Source: Pseudomonadota bacterium (GTDB lineage Bacteria; Pseudomonadota; Gammaproteobacteria; Burkholderiales; Rhodocyclaceae). From it: a stretch of 64,000 nucleotides of DNA. The stretch is taken from assembly GCA_018241695.1 (NCBI GenBank), contig JAFEDH010000026.1, forward strand, positions 26,302-90,301. Direction: 5' to 3'. The notes beneath the pieces were generated by a model that saw only the letters and a program-made list of their open reading frames with translations, had not been told where the DNA came from and did not search any database. Made by a program: the position numbers and the translations under genes. The stretch's first letter is position 1. Every line of letters starts with the position of its first letter. Shown piece after piece: positions 29,811-40,572 of this stretch.

Positions 29811-30197
29811 ATGCAAGGATTCATCCTGTTTGGCCATGGTGCCCGCAACCCTGAATGGGCGCTTCCCTTTCATCGCCTGCGCGATGCGATCATCGCGCGT
29901 CGTCCGGATTTGCCGGTGTGTCTGGGCTTCCTCGAATCGATGCGTCCTGACTTTGGCGAGGCGGTGAGTTCCCTGGCTGCCATGGGGGTAACGGAAATCA
30001 CCGTCATTCCGGTATTCATCGCGGGTGGTGGTCATGTGAAAAAGGATCTGCCTGTCATGGCTGCCGCGGCGATGGATCGTCATCCGGGGGTATCGATTGC
30101 CATCGCTGCTGCGGTGGGCGAGGCTGCGGTCGTGGTGGAGGCCATGGCGGAATATGTCATCGCCACTCCGTGGCAGGCGGGAGATGCCGTGGCGTAG
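29811..30197 (+). CDS. CbiX/SirB-type (short) chelatase-domain protein
   Basis: 128 aa. ILFGHGARNPEW...VIPVFIAGGGHVKKDLP matches the class II chelatase single-domain form. Starts 12 nt after the permease gene. Confidence 0.65.
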   Translation: MQGFILFGHGARNPEWALPFHRLRDAIIARRPDLPVCLGFLESMRPDFGEAVSSLAAMGVTEITVIPVFIAGGGHVKKDLPVMAAAAMDRHPGVSIAIAAAVGEAAVVVEAMAEYVIATPWQAGDAVA

Positions 30198-30338
30198 CCC
30201 TGCAGGCATCATCCTGATATTGCGTAAACCGCGTCTCCATCAGGGTTATAGGGTTATCGCGCCTGACCGCAGGCATTGCGGAATCCTGCAAAGCGCCGAT
30301 AATGACAAACCCGATCTTGATCAATCCCGGAGGTTTTC

Positions 30339-30998
30339 ATGTCACTGCGCATCAACGATATCGCACCTGATTTCACTGCTCAAACCACCCAAGGCACCGT
30401 TCGCTTCCACGAATGGATCGGGGATCAATGGGCTATCCTGTTCTCCCATCCCAAGGATTTCACTCCGGTGTGCACCACCGAACTGGGCTACATGGCCAAG
30501 CTCCAGCCGGAGTTCACCAAGCGTAGCTGCAAGCTGATCGGTCTCAGCGTCGATCCTGTTTCCAACCATGAAGGCTGGGCCAAGGATATCGAAGAAACCC
30601 AGGGCCACGCGGTGAAGTACCCCATGATCGGTGATACCGATCTGGCGGTTGCCAAGCTCTACAACATGCTGCCGGCTGACGAGACGGGCACTTCCGAAGG
30701 TCGCACCGCCGCTACCAACGCCACGGTACGCACTGTCTTCATCATCGGTCCGGACAAGCGGATCAAGCTGATGCTCACCTATCCCATGTCTGCCGGTCGT
30801 AATTTCGATGAAATCCTGCGTGTGCTGGATGCCATCCAACTGACTGCCAGGCACAAGGTGGCGACACCTGCCAACTGGCGTCCGGGAGACGATGTGATCA
30901 TCTCGCCCGCGGTTCCCGATGAAGAAGCGAAGACCCTGTTTCCCAGTGGCTGGAAGGCGCACAAACCCTATCTGCGCGTCACCAAGCAGCCGGGTTGA
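30339..30998 (+). CDS. 1-Cys peroxiredoxin (Prx6-type)
   Basis: 219 aa. HPKDFTPVCTTELG peroxidatic-Cys motif and Prx6-like length. Confidence 0.9.
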   Translation: MSLRINDIAPDFTAQTTQGTVRFHEWIGDQWAILFSHPKDFTPVCTTELGYMAKLQPEFTKRSCKLIGLSVDPVSNHEGWAKDIEETQGHAVKYPMIGDTDLAVAKLYNMLPADETGTSEGRTAATNATVRTVFIIGPDKRIKLMLTYPMSAGRNFDEILRVLDAIQLTARHKVATPANWRPGDDVIISPAVPDEEAKTLFPSGWKAHKPYLRVTKQPG

Positions 30999-31131
30999 TG
31001 TGGCGGCTCCGGGACGATGCCTGTCATCTGTCCCGACGCTGGTTCCGTCCCATCCTTCCGCTTTGCTCTGGCGGCAGGGTGGGCGGCCTGGTTTTGCTGC
31101 ATCCTGATTCGCATGTCGATGGTGAGCGGTC

Positions 31132-31734
31132 GTGACCGGTATCCAGGATTCTGTGCGCCTGCAAAATGCCCTGACCCTGATCGACACCGCCAATGCGGAA
31201 GACCCCCGCGATGAGGAGGGGCAGCCAAAGGAACTGCTCTATGGCCGTCGCATGGGCGAAATGCTGTCACGCTATTTGCCAGATGCTTCGGAAGTTGTCC
31301 GTCTTGCCGTGCGCGCCCAGCACCTGCGTCGCTGGCGCATCCCGCGTACCGACTATCCGGCGGATCGGGATGGCTATTATCACTGGCGCAACGCTCTGTA
31401 CCGGTTTCATGCCGAGCAGGCGGGGTGCCTGCTGGCTGAAGCCGGTTACGATGCGGAACGGATCGCCCGGGTTGAAGCTGCCGTGGGTAAGCGCCAGCTG
31501 CCGTTCAACCCGGATGCGCAAGATGTCGAGGATGTCGCCGCTCTGGTGTTTCTCGAGCATTATCTGGCCGGCTTCGTTGCGCAGAAAATGGATTACAGCG
31601 AAGACAAGCTACGCAATATCATCATCAGGACCTGGCGCAAGATGTCTCCTGCTGCCCGGCAGTTTGTACTCGATGACGGAGTGTCCTTGCCCGTACATCT
31701 GGTTCCGCTGATCCGGTCGGTTGTGGCCAAATAA
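31132..31734 (+). CDS. DUF4202-family protein
   Basis: 200 aa, GTG start (uncertain). IDTANAEDPR...LLYGRRM...AVRAQHLRRWRIPRTDYPADRDGYYHWRNALYRFHA resembles DUF4202 as I remember it. Confidence 0.5.
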   Translation: MTGIQDSVRLQNALTLIDTANAEDPRDEEGQPKELLYGRRMGEMLSRYLPDASEVVRLAVRAQHLRRWRIPRTDYPADRDGYYHWRNALYRFHAEQAGCLLAEAGYDAERIARVEAAVGKRQLPFNPDAQDVEDVAALVFLEHYLAGFVAQKMDYSEDKLRNIIIRTWRKMSPAARQFVLDDGVSLPVHLVPLIRSVVAK

Positions 31735-31852
31735 TTCCATTCGCATTCATCTTCCCGGGCGCCGGTTCTCCCGTTATGATTGTCTGTTTTTCTGGCGTTG
31801 ATTGAAAATCAGCGGCAGCAGTCCGATCGGGATCGTCAGGGGGAGCCTCAGG

Positions 31853-32731
31853 ATGCAGGTGGGATTTATTGGTCTTGGCTTGATGGGTGCGCCCATGGCG
31901 CGGCATCTGCTCCATGCGGGTCATCATCTGCATCTTTGGGCGCGTCGTCCCGCTACGCTGGTACCGTTTGCCGACACCGGTGCGGTGATCCATCAATCAC
32001 CGGCCGAGATGGCTGCCACGGTCGATGTGGTGTTCACCATGGTGGCCGACGGTCCTGATGTGGAACAGGTGCTGCTGGGGCCGCGGGGTATTGTCGAGGG
32101 CGCCCATCCGGGGCTGGTAGTGGTGGATATGAGTACCATCGCGCCGGCGATTGCCCGTGATCTGAATACGCGCCTGGCCGCTCACGACATTGCATTTCTC
32201 GACGCACCCGTCTCCGGGGGCGAACGGGGAGCCCGGGAGGCGACCCTAACCATCATGGTTGGTGGTGCAGCAGACATTTTTGAACGGATTCGCCCCTTGT
32301 TTTCGCTTATGGGCAAATCGGTGTCTCTCATTGGCCCCGCCGGTGCAGGACAGGTGGCCAAGGCCTGCAACCAGATTCTCACCGGTGTGGGAGTGATGGC
32401 TCTGGCCGAAGCGCTGAATTTCGCCCGGACCAGCGGGGTCGATCCTGCCAACGTGCGCCAGGCCCTGCTGGGTGGTTTTGCCTATAGCCGTATTCTCGAA
32501 AACCATGGCCAGCGCATGCTGGATCGTGATTTCACGCCAGGCTTCAAGGCATGGATGCATCAGAAGGATTTACGTATCGTGCTTGAGGAAGCCCAACGCA
32601 TGGGCCTGATGCTGCCTTCCACCGCCACGACTGCCCAGGCGTTGAATGCATTGGTGGGATCCGGTCATGGCGAGGATGATTCGATCGCCCTGATCCGGTT
32701 GCTCGAGCGCATGGGTGAGGCATGGGTATGA
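31853..32731 (+). CDS. NAD(P)-dependent oxidoreductase of the 3-hydroxyisobutyrate/2-hydroxy-3-oxopropionate reductase family
   Basis: Start at [19 protein letters not shown] (GGGAG SD). DAPVSGG and the C-terminal 6PGDH-like helical domain. Confidence 0.85.
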   Translation: MQVGFIGLGLMGAPMARHLLHAGHHLHLWARRPATLVPFADTGAVIHQSPAEMAATVDVVFTMVADGPDVEQVLLGPRGIVEGAHPGLVVVDMSTIAPAIARDLNTRLAAHDIAFLDAPVSGGERGAREATLTIMVGGAADIFERIRPLFSLMGKSVSLIGPAGAGQVAKACNQILTGVGVMALAEALNFARTSGVDPANVRQALLGGFAYSRILENHGQRMLDRDFTPGFKAWMHQKDLRIVLEEAQRMGLMLPSTATTAQALNALVGSGHGEDDSIALIRLLERMGEAWV

Positions 32732-35328
32732 CGCCACCAGTCACCCTGTCCGCCGCAGGCACCGGCATGGCGGGGCTGACCCTGATGGAATTGCGGTCGA
32801 TTCTCGAGAACGCCACCGTGGGAATCATGTTCACCCGCAATCGCATCGTGGCGCAGGCCAATACCCTGTGCGCGAGCATGTGGGGTTATACACAGGAAGA
32901 ATTCATCGGTCTGTCCGGAGTCGCGTTGCATCCCAACCAGGAGGCCTACGATGAACTGGGGCGTCACGCGGTACCAAAGCTGATTGCCGGGTGCGCCTAT
33001 CAGACCGAACAGCAGATGAAGCGCAAGGACGGGAGCCTGTTCTGGTGCCGTATCTCGGCCAAGGCGGTGGATCCGGCGCATCCGCGCCAGGGCACGATCT
33101 GGATCATGGAGGATGTGACCGAGGATCGCCTGATGCAGGAGGCACTGGCCCGTTCCACACGTGAGCTCACCAGCATCTTCGAATCGGCCATGATCGGTAT
33201 TGCTGTTTTGCGTCAAGGCAGGATCGTACGTTGTAACCAGCGTTTCGAACAGTTGCTTGGCTTTGCTGCGGGTGGCGCGCTGGGGTTGCCCATCGACGGT
33301 TTTTTTGCCGCAGGTGCCTTGCATGATGCGGCGGTCAACCATTTCCTTGGCGCAACCACCGGGGAGTGGCGTCATGATGGCGAGATTCCCATGCTGCGCC
33401 GGGATGGTGCGACCTTCTGGGCGCGAGTATCGGGCCGCACCCTGACGGCGGACCCGGCGACGGGCATGGTCTGCCTGGTAGAGGACTTCAGCCGCCAGCG
33501 CGAAGCCGCGGATCGGCTCTCCCAGGCGCTCGATGAGCAAAAGACCATCTTCGATAACGCCACGGTCGGCATCCTGTTCACACGTGGCCTTCATATCATG
33601 CGTGCCAACCGCCGGCTGGCGGAGATCCTGGGCTGTAGCCTGGAAAAACTGATTGGCATGAAGGTACGGGATCTTTTTCTGCAACGTCCCGACTATGCCG
33701 ATCTGGCGGATCGTTCCTTGCGGCAGCTGGCAAAAGGGGAACCTTTCGTCGTGGAAACCGAAGGGGTCCGTCTGGACGGCAGCAACGAGCGCTATTGGGT
33801 TCGCTTTTCCGGGCGGCTCGTCGAGGGTAGCGACGATTATGATGTGATCTGGATATTCGAGGACATTACCGAGCGCCATGCGGTACAGCAGGCCCTGATC
33901 CGGGCCCATGATGAACTCGAGCAGAGGGTGGTGGAGCGGACTGCGGCCCTTGAAAGCGCCAATACCCAGCTTCAGGCCGAGGTGCAGGAGCGCAAGCTGA
34001 CCGAGCGACGGGCATGGCACATGGCGCACCACGACCCGCTCACCGGCCTGCCCAACCGCGCCCTGTTGCAGGACCGTCTGGAGCAGGCGCTGGCCCAGGC
34101 GACCCGGCGCAAGAAGCGGCTTGCCGTTCTGTTTCATGATCTGGACCGGTTCAAGGGAATCAACGACACCCTGGGGCATGCCATTGGCGATGAATTGCTC
34201 AAACAGGTAGCCGAGCGTATCAGGGGCGCGGTGCGCGCTGCGGATACCGTATCCCGGCTCGGTGGTGACGAGTTCGTGGTGTTGCTGCATGATGTCGGAT
34301 CGACGGATGACATCATGCTTGTGGCCGAGAAAATCGTCGCCGCCCTGGCGCCGCAGATACGGATTGAAGGGCACGATCTGCATGTCACACCTTCGATCGG
34401 GATCGCCGTATTTCCCGATGATGGCATCGAAGTGGTGCAGTTGATGAAGGCTGCCGATACTGCGATGTACCATGCCAAGGCTGCCGGACGGAACAACTTC
34501 CAGTTCTTCCAGCCTTCCATGAATGACGAGGCGACCCGTTTCTTCAAGCTGGAGAACCGCCTGCGCGCTGCGCTCGAACGTAACGAACTGGTGGTTCATT
34601 ACCAGCCTCTGATTGATCTCGGTGTGCGAAACGTGATCGGAATGGAGGCCCTGTTGCGCTGGAATGATCCCGAGCGGGGCATGATTCCTCCGGCGGAGTT
34701 CATTCCCGTAGCCGAGGAAACCGGGATGATCGTGCCGATCGGTGAATGGATCCTGATGCAGGCCATGCGCCAGAACCGGATCTGGCAGGAACAGGGTTAT
34801 CCCCTCGTGCCGGTATCGGTGAATCTTTCCCCCCGCCAGTTCCAGCAGCGGGAGTTAGTGTCCACCATCCGCCGGATACTGGCCGAAACCGGCCAGCCGG
34901 CGCGGATGCTGGAACTGGAAATCACCGAGGGTACCCTGATGCATGATGTTGAAGAAACCCTGGTAAAGCTGGAGGAACTGGCGGCCATGGGGGTGCGTCT
35001 GGCCATTGATGATTTTGGTACCGGTTATTCCAGCCTGTCCTATCTCAAGCGTTTCCCGGTGCACAAGCTCAAGGTGGATCAGAGTTTCGTGCGCGATCTG
35101 TGCGAAGACAAGGACGATGCGGTCATCGTCTCGGCCATCATCGGACTTGCCCGCAGCCTGGGGCTGGAAATCCTCGCCGAGGGTGTGGAAACCGAGGCCC
35201 AGCTGTCGATGCTGATGAATTACGGTTGTACCAAGTTCCAGGGGTATTACTTCTCCCGTCCTTTGCCGGCGGATGCTGCCGGGGAGTTGTTCACTCCGGC
35301 GGCTCTTGCCCGGCAGTCAGGTATCTGA
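32722..35328 (+). CDS. Cytoplasmic PAS-PAS-PAS-GGDEF-EAL cyclic-di-GMP signalling protein
   Basis: 868 aa. Three PAS-like repeats, [11 protein letters not shown] (intact GGDEF), EALLRW and [13 protein letters not shown] (intact EAL). Confidence 0.9.
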   Translation: MGMTPPVTLSAAGTGMAGLTLMELRSILENATVGIMFTRNRIVAQANTLCASMWGYTQEEFIGLSGVALHPNQEAYDELGRHAVPKLIAGCAYQTEQQMKRKDGSLFWCRISAKAVDPAHPRQGTIWIMEDVTEDRLMQEALARSTRELTSIFESAMIGIAVLRQGRIVRCNQRFEQLLGFAAGGALGLPIDGFFAAGALHDAAVNHFLGATTGEWRHDGEIPMLRRDGATFWARVSGRTLTADPATGMVCLVEDFSRQREAADRLSQALDEQKTIFDNATVGILFTRGLHIMRANRRLAEILGCSLEKLIGMKVRDLFLQRPDYADLADRSLRQLAKGEPFVVETEGVRLDGSNERYWVRFSGRLVEGSDDYDVIWIFEDITERHAVQQALIRAHDELEQRVVERTAALESANTQLQAEVQERKLTERRAWHMAHHDPLTGLPNRALLQDRLEQALAQATRRKKRLAVLFHDLDRFKGINDTLGHAIGDELLKQVAERIRGAVRAADTVSRLGGDEFVVLLHDVGSTDDIMLVAEKIVAALAPQIRIEGHDLHVTPSIGIAVFPDDGIEVVQLMKAADTAMYHAKAAGRNNFQFFQPSMNDEATRFFKLENRLRAALERNELVVHYQPLIDLGVRNVIGMEALLRWNDPERGMIPPAEFIPVAEETGMIVPIGEWILMQAMRQNRIWQEQGYPLVPVSVNLSPRQFQQRELVSTIRRILAETGQPARMLELEITEGTLMHDVEETLVKLEELAAMGVRLAIDDFGTGYSSLSYLKRFPVHKLKVDQSFVRDLCEDKDDAVIVSAIIGLARSLGLEILAEGVETEAQLSMLMNYGCTKFQGYYFSRPLPADAAGELFTPAALARQSGI

Positions 35329-35401
35329 CCGTTTCTCCGGGAGCGCGTTGTGCCAGTAGAGTCTGCCCGCTGGCCGGCTGCCGATCAGGCCGGATCCGGG
35401 G

Positions 35402-36400
35402 TCAGGCGATGTGGTAGGCGGTGGCCCGTTCCACTTCGTTACGGGAACCCAGGATCACCGGTACCCGCTGATGGAGACCGGCAGGGACGATATCGAGGAT
35501 GCGGCCCCGGCCGTCGGTGGCGCGGCCACCGGCCTGCTCGATGATGAAGGCCATCGGGTTGGCTTCATACATCAGGCGCAGCTTGCCGCCCTTTGCCGCG
35601 GTCTTGCTGTCCAGCGGGTAAAGGAAAATGCCGCCACGGCTGATGATGCGATGCACGTCGGCCACCATCGAGGCAACCCAGCGCATGTTGAAATCGTGGC
35701 CTCGCGGCCCGTCCTTGCCCGCCAGCAGTTCATCGATATAACGCTTGACGGGCGCCTCCCAGTGGCGTGCGTTGGAGGCGTTGATGGCGAATTCGCGGGT
35801 GTCCTCGGGAATGCGCACATTTTCCTGGGTCAGAACGAAACTGCCCAGTTCACGGTCCAGGGTGAAAATATTGACGCCGTCACCCAGGGTCAGCACGAGG
35901 AGCGTGGTGGGGCCATACACGGCATAGCCGGCGCAGACCTGCCGCGTGCCGGGCTGAAGAAAAGCCTGCTCACCGGGTTCCATGCCATCAGGGCAGCGCA
36001 GCACCGAGAAGATGGTGCCGACCGAGACATTGACATCAATGTTGGAGGAGCCGTCGAGAGGGTCGAACAGCAGCAGGAACTCGCCCTTGGGATAGCGGTT
36101 GGGAATAGGATGGGGGTGTTCCATTTCCTCGGACGCCATGGCGGCGAGATGACCGCCCCACTCGTTGGCCTCGAGCAGGATCTCGTTGGAAATCACGTCG
36201 AGCTTTTTCTGCGCCTCGCCCTGGATGTTGTCCGATCCGGCCGAGCCGAGCACACCGGTCAGACCACCCTTGCCGATGGCGCTGGCGATGGATTTGCAGG
36301 CGCGGGCAACGACTTCGATCAGGAGGCGCAGGTCGGAGCCGATGACATTCTTCTTGCGCTGCTCTTCGATCAGGAAACGGGACAGGGTAACGGGAGACAT
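35402..36400 (-). CDS. fbp: Fructose-1,6-bisphosphatase class 1
   Basis: Start at [14 protein letters not shown] (ATG 36400). [10 protein letters not shown] metal-binding motif. Confidence 0.9.
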   Translation of the reverse strand: MSPVTLSRFLIEEQRKKNVIGSDLRLLIEVVARACKSIASAIGKGGLTGVLGSAGSDNIQGEAQKKLDVISNEILLEANEWGGHLAAMASEEMEHPHPIPNRYPKGEFLLLFDPLDGSSNIDVNVSVGTIFSVLRCPDGMEPGEQAFLQPGTRQVCAGYAVYGPTTLLVLTLGDGVNIFTLDRELGSFVLTQENVRIPEDTREFAINASNARHWEAPVKRYIDELLAGKDGPRGHDFNMRWVASMVADVHRIISRGGIFLYPLDSKTAAKGGKLRLMYEANPMAFIIEQAGGRATDGRGRILDIVPAGLHQRVPVILGSRNEVERATAYHIA

Positions 36401-36515
36401 GCGGTACTCGGTAGGGGACGGTGAGCGGGCGCGCATTATATCCAGCGGGGAATCACACAGCCTTCCGCACCTTCCTCTTGCCAAGAAAGGCGGTATCGGG
36501 GCAATCTAGGGGCGA

Positions 36516-37523
36516 TCAAATCCAGCCGGCGCCGTGAAGTTCATCTTTCAGGTACGCGTAGTAGATCGGTGCCGCCACCAGGCCGGGAATGCCGAAGGCG
36601 GCTTCGAGGGCCAGCATGGCGAGCAGCAACTCCCATGCTCTGGCGCTGATCCGGCTACCGATGATGTGGGCATTGAGAAAATATTCCAGCTTGTGGATCG
36701 CGATCAGGAATGCCAGCGAGGCGGCGCCCAGTTCGACCGAATGTGCCAAGCTGATGACGACGATGACGGTATTGGAAATCAGGTTCCCCAGCACCGGCAG
36801 CAGGCCGGCAATGAACGTGAAGGCGATCATGGTCTTGATGAGGGGAAGATGGATCCCCAGCAGGGGCAGGGCCACACCGAGATAGAGTGCGGTCAGTCCG
36901 GTATTGATCGTGGAAATCCGCACCTGGGCGAAAACGATGCGGCGAAATGCTTCTCCCAGGCGACAGGAGCGCTCCAGCAGGGCTGCGGCGAGTGGTGGGT
37001 GGGTGGTATCGGGGCAGGCTTCGTGCAACGCGATCATGGCGCCGATGATCATTCCCAGAAGCGCGTGGGCCAGGCCACGCAGGGCGCCTCGTCCCGCCAG
37101 TTGCACATCCTGGCTGTGTTCCCGCAACCAGTGTACGACGGTAGCCTGCAGCCCAGCATCTTGCGGTGGCAGATAGGCTTCGAGCCAGCCGGGAAGTGTT
37201 TCCCGCGCCCGCTCGATGATCTCCGCCAGACGTTGCCCCAGATCCGCCACGCTGCCCGCATCGCTGCGGAAGAACGCCACGATGAGCATCACACCGGTCA
37301 CCGTCGCACCGATCACCACCGTGCCCAGCAGCGCCACGGCGGCCAGCTTGGCGCGTTCGTTGGAGAGTCGCGCGGCGAAGAAGGGTGCCACGATATGCAC
37401 CAGCTGATAGACCAGCAGACCGGCGAGCAGTGCCGGCAGCATATGGAGCTGCAGGATCAGGTAGAGGCTGATGGCGGAGAGAATCCAGGCGGCGAGGCGA
37501 AAACGGTCGGGTGCGAGAGGCAT
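36516..37523 (-). CDS. AI-2E family transporter (PerM/YhhT-like permease)
   Basis: Start at MPLAPDRFRLAAWILS (ATG 37523). Polytopic, with the typical C-terminal GIPGLVAAPIYYAYLK. Confidence 0.8.
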   Translation of the reverse strand: MPLAPDRFRLAAWILSAISLYLILQLHMLPALLAGLLVYQLVHIVAPFFAARLSNERAKLAAVALLGTVVIGATVTGVMLIVAFFRSDAGSVADLGQRLAEIIERARETLPGWLEAYLPPQDAGLQATVVHWLREHSQDVQLAGRGALRGLAHALLGMIIGAMIALHEACPDTTHPPLAAALLERSCRLGEAFRRIVFAQVRISTINTGLTALYLGVALPLLGIHLPLIKTMIAFTFIAGLLPVLGNLISNTVIVVISLAHSVELGAASLAFLIAIHKLEYFLNAHIIGSRISARAWELLLAMLALEAAFGIPGLVAAPIYYAYLKDELHGAGWI

Positions 37524-37585
37524 GATTCGGTGGGTGATGACAGACTTCGCCAGTCTAGCGAATTTGCTCGCGGTACACTCCGCAG

Positions 37586-39322
37586 GTGAGAGCCGCCATT
37601 GATTTTCCCGCCACATCCGCTGCCCGCCTGCAGGCAACTTTCGATGCACCGCTGGCGCGTCTGGATGCCTGGCATCCAGAGCAGGTGATCGCGGCCTTGC
37701 GCACTGCGCAGGACTGGGCGCAGGCGGGCCACTGGGTGGTGGGCTTCGTTGCCTACGAGGCAGCGCCCGCATTCGATCCCGCTCTGGCCTGCCATCCGCC
37801 GGTTCCCGGCTTGCCGCTCGCCAGTTTCGCCGCCTACGCCGCAGCGGGCACGTGGCACCCGCCGGAAATCGCGACGGATAGCGCTTTCCGTTACGGCCCC
37901 TGGCGGGCCGAAAACGGACGGCGTCAGGCTCTCGCACAGATCGAAACGCTGCGTGCCGGCATTCGTCGTGGCGACTACTATCAGGTGAATCTGACGCAGC
38001 GCTGGCGTGCTGCTTTCGAGGGCGATCCCTATTGTGGATTCCTGGCCTTGCGGGAAACCCAGCCCGAAGGCTATGGCGCCTATCTCGATGGGGGTAACTG
38101 GCAAATCCTCTCGGTGTCGCCGGAACTGTTTTTTGAATGGACACCGGAAGGGCGGCTGCTTACCCGGCCCATGAAGGGCACTGCGGCGCGCGGACTTTCG
38201 CCGGAAGCGGACCACGCTGCCGCCATCGCCCTCGCATTCGCCGCAAAGGAGCGGGCGGAAAACCTGATGATCGTGGATCTGTTGCGCAATGATGTGTCCC
38301 GTGTCGCTCGTACCGGCAGCGTGACCGTGCCCCGGTTGTTTCAGGTGGAGTCGCTTCCCACGGCCTGGCAGATGACGTCGACGGTGGAATGCGTGACGCG
38401 CCCCGATGTCGATCTGGCGGCGGTGTTCCGCGCACTCTTCCCGTGCGGCTCCGTCACCGGGGCGCCCAAGCACGCCGCCATGAAGGCCATCGCGGCGCGG
38501 GAATCCTCACCCCGGGGTGCTTATTGCGGAGCGATCGGCATCCTCGAGCCGGGCGGCCATACCCGATTCAATGTCGGTATCCGTACCGTCAGCATTGATC
38601 GCCGTCTGGCCCGGGCCGAGTGTGGTATCGGCAGTGGCATTACTCTCGATTCCGTTGCGGATGACGAATGGGCGGAATGGCTGGTAAAGCGGCGCTTTCT
38701 GCTGCGGGCCAGCGCCGACTTTTCACTGCTGGAAACATTGCGCCTGGAAGAGGGGCAGTACTGGCTCCTGGACAGGCATCTGCGAAGGCTGGCCGGCAGT
38801 GCCGCCCATTTCGGCTTTGCGTATGACGAAACCGGAGTGGGGTGCTGCCTTGATGAACTGGCGGCGGGCCATGGGCAAGGAACCTGGCGGATACGCCTGT
38901 TACTGGATCGGCGGGGAAACTGCCAGACCGAGATTTTTGCACTGGAGCCAGCGTCGGTGGACATCACTGTGGCATGGGCGGCAACACCGGTTGATGGGGA
39001 AGAGGAGTTCCTCCGTCACAAAACCACCCGGCGTGAAATGTATGCGTGCCATGCGCCGGCCTCCGGCGTGTTCGATACCCTGCTATGGAATGCAGCGGGC
39101 GAGATCACCGAGTTCACCCGTGGCAATGTGGTGCTGGAACTCGACGGCCGGCAGGTGACGCCAGCGCTGTCGAGCGGCTTGCTGCCGGGTGTCCTGCGTG
39201 CCGAACTGCTGGCCCGGGGTGAGGTGGAGGAGGCGGTCCTGCGGCGGGAAGACGTGGCCCAGGCCACCGGGCTCTGGTTCATCAACAGCGTGCGGGGCAG
39301 GGTACCCGCACGCTTGCGATGA
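37586..39322 (+). CDS. pabB: Aminodeoxychorismate synthase component I fused to an aminodeoxychorismate lyase-like (class IV aminotransferase fold) domain
   Basis: 578 aa, GTG start. Chorismate-binding motifs PCGSVTGAPK and GAYCGAIG. The C-terminal ~190 aa (FSLLETLRLEEGQYWLLDRHLRRL...) are class-IV fold. Confidence 0.8.
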   Translation: MRAAIDFPATSAARLQATFDAPLARLDAWHPEQVIAALRTAQDWAQAGHWVVGFVAYEAAPAFDPALACHPPVPGLPLASFAAYAAAGTWHPPEIATDSAFRYGPWRAENGRRQALAQIETLRAGIRRGDYYQVNLTQRWRAAFEGDPYCGFLALRETQPEGYGAYLDGGNWQILSVSPELFFEWTPEGRLLTRPMKGTAARGLSPEADHAAAIALAFAAKERAENLMIVDLLRNDVSRVARTGSVTVPRLFQVESLPTAWQMTSTVECVTRPDVDLAAVFRALFPCGSVTGAPKHAAMKAIAARESSPRGAYCGAIGILEPGGHTRFNVGIRTVSIDRRLARAECGIGSGITLDSVADDEWAEWLVKRRFLLRASADFSLLETLRLEEGQYWLLDRHLRRLAGSAAHFGFAYDETGVGCCLDELAAGHGQGTWRIRLLLDRRGNCQTEIFALEPASVDITVAWAATPVDGEEEFLRHKTTRREMYACHAPASGVFDTLLWNAAGEITEFTRGNVVLELDGRQVTPALSSGLLPGVLRAELLARGEVEEAVLRREDVAQATGLWFINSVRGRVPARLR

Positions 39323-39331
39323 TCCTGCGCC

Positions 39332-40150
39332 TTAACGGAAAACGCGGGTTCCGGGGCGGGCCAGACGCATGCCGGTCAGGATGATGCAGAAGGTGGCGGC
39401 GTAAAAGATGGCCTGGGTGGCGCTGGGCCGGGCTTCGTAACCGGCCAGGATGTGCAGCAGTGATCCGGTCAGGGAATCCATCGGCAGCAGGGAGGAGGTG
39501 TCCCACAACGGAGTGCTGTCGGTATTGATGAGATTGCCCTGTATCAGATTGCGTGCCATCTGTCCCGCCATGCCGGACGCCATCAGCAGCAGTAAACCGC
39601 CGGTGATGGTGAACAGCCGGCCGATGGGAATCCGGACCAGGCCGGCATAGAGGGCGCTCCCGACAACGATGCCTCCCGCCAGACCCAGCCCGCCACCCAG
39701 CAGGGCCGAGCGCCCTTCCAGGGTACCACCCGAGGCCATGCCATAAAGAAACAGTACGGTTTCCGCGCCTTCGCGCAGGACCGCAAGTGCGATCACCGTC
39801 GCGATCGCGGACAGTTCGGCGCTTCCCTCGCGTACCCGTTGCCCCACGCTTCTGGCCTGGGCAGCCATCTCACGACCGTGACGCGACATCCAGATGTTGT
39901 GCCAGGCCAGCATGACGACGGCAATTCCCAGCACGATCGCATTGAACAGTTCCTGCCCGACCCCGTCCGCCCATTCAGCAATCTGCTCGGTCAGGCCGGC
40001 AACAGCCAGGGAGCCGCCCAGACCCGCCGCGATCCCCAGGGCCAGCCAGCGGTTGCGTGCCGGCAGGCCGCGGGTGGCGGCGGCGATGATGCCGATCAGC
40101 AGGGCTGCTTCGAGCGTTTCGCGGAAGACGATGATGGCGGCGCCGAGCAT
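39332..40150 (-). CDS. FTR1-family high-affinity iron permease
   Basis: 272 aa. Two REXXE motifs (RETLE, REGAE) in transmembrane segments. Confidence 0.8.
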   Translation of the reverse strand: MLGAAIIVFRETLEAALLIGIIAAATRGLPARNRWLALGIAAGLGGSLAVAGLTEQIAEWADGVGQELFNAIVLGIAVVMLAWHNIWMSRHGREMAAQARSVGQRVREGSAELSAIATVIALAVLREGAETVLFLYGMASGGTLEGRSALLGGGLGLAGGIVVGSALYAGLVRIPIGRLFTITGGLLLLMASGMAGQMARNLIQGNLINTDSTPLWDTSSLLPMDSLTGSLLHILAGYEARPSATQAIFYAATFCIILTGMRLARPGTRVFR

Positions 40151-40159
40151 GGGGATTCC

Positions 40160-40486
40160 TTATTCGGCGATGACGACGCCCTGGGCCGTCTTCTGGTTGA
40201 ATTCACCCCAGAAGGGATACTTGCCGGGTTTGAGGGGGCCGATGAACACGGCACCCTTGCTGTTGCCGGGAATGACCTTTTCGCGGTTCAGGGTGTGGCT
40301 TTCAAATTCCTCGGGGGTGGCGTCCTGGTTGTCGATCACCAGCTTCACCTTGCGATTGGCGGGTATCCGTAGTTCTTCCGGGGTGAAACGGTGCTCCTTG
40401 ATCACCAGGGGAACTTCCACATCGGCGGCACTGGCAAGACCGCTGACAACCAGCAGGAGCGAGGTGAGAAGGGCGCGCAGGATCAT
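40160..40486 (-). CDS. Periplasmic cupredoxin-like protein partnered with the FTR1 permease
   Basis: 108 aa with a signal peptide. Beta-sandwich-like sequence FTPEELRIPANRKVKLVIDNQDATPEEFESH...GPLKPGKYPFWGEF. No Cys at all. Lies 9 nt upstream of the FTR1 gene. Confidence 0.6.
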   Translation of the reverse strand: MILRALLTSLLLVVSGLASAADVEVPLVIKEHRFTPEELRIPANRKVKLVIDNQDATPEEFESHTLNREKVIPGNSKGAVFIGPLKPGKYPFWGEFNQKTAQGVVIAE

Positions 40487-40513
40487 GAATTGTCTCCGGA
40501 AGGATTTTCTTTA

Positions 40514-40551
40514 TTGAGAGCCATTCTCAAATAATAACAATTCTCATTAGT
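40514..40551 (-). promoter_or_regulatory. Fur-box-like operator upstream of the cupredoxin/FTR1 pair
   Basis: Minus-strand ACTAATGAGAATTGTTATT (40551-40533) matches 13/19 positions of GATAATGATAATCATTATC by my alignment. The adjacent palindrome TTGAGA-N5-TCTCAA (40514-40530) repeats the TGAGAAT unit. AT-rich island 28-65 nt upstream of the start codon. Confidence 0.5.
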
Positions 40552-40572
40552 GTATGCAAACCCATACGATCA

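Noticed and set aside
30198-30338. OxyR-type operator upstream of the peroxiredoxin gene (tandem AGGGTTAT repeat, ATAG/GATAAT elements)
   Set aside because: I could not align four properly spaced ATAG-N7-CTAT half-sites. The similarity is too weak to call.
32665-34599. 644-aa minus-strand ORF
   Set aside because: Antisense to the PAS-GGDEF-EAL gene, whose motifs are intact on the plus strand.
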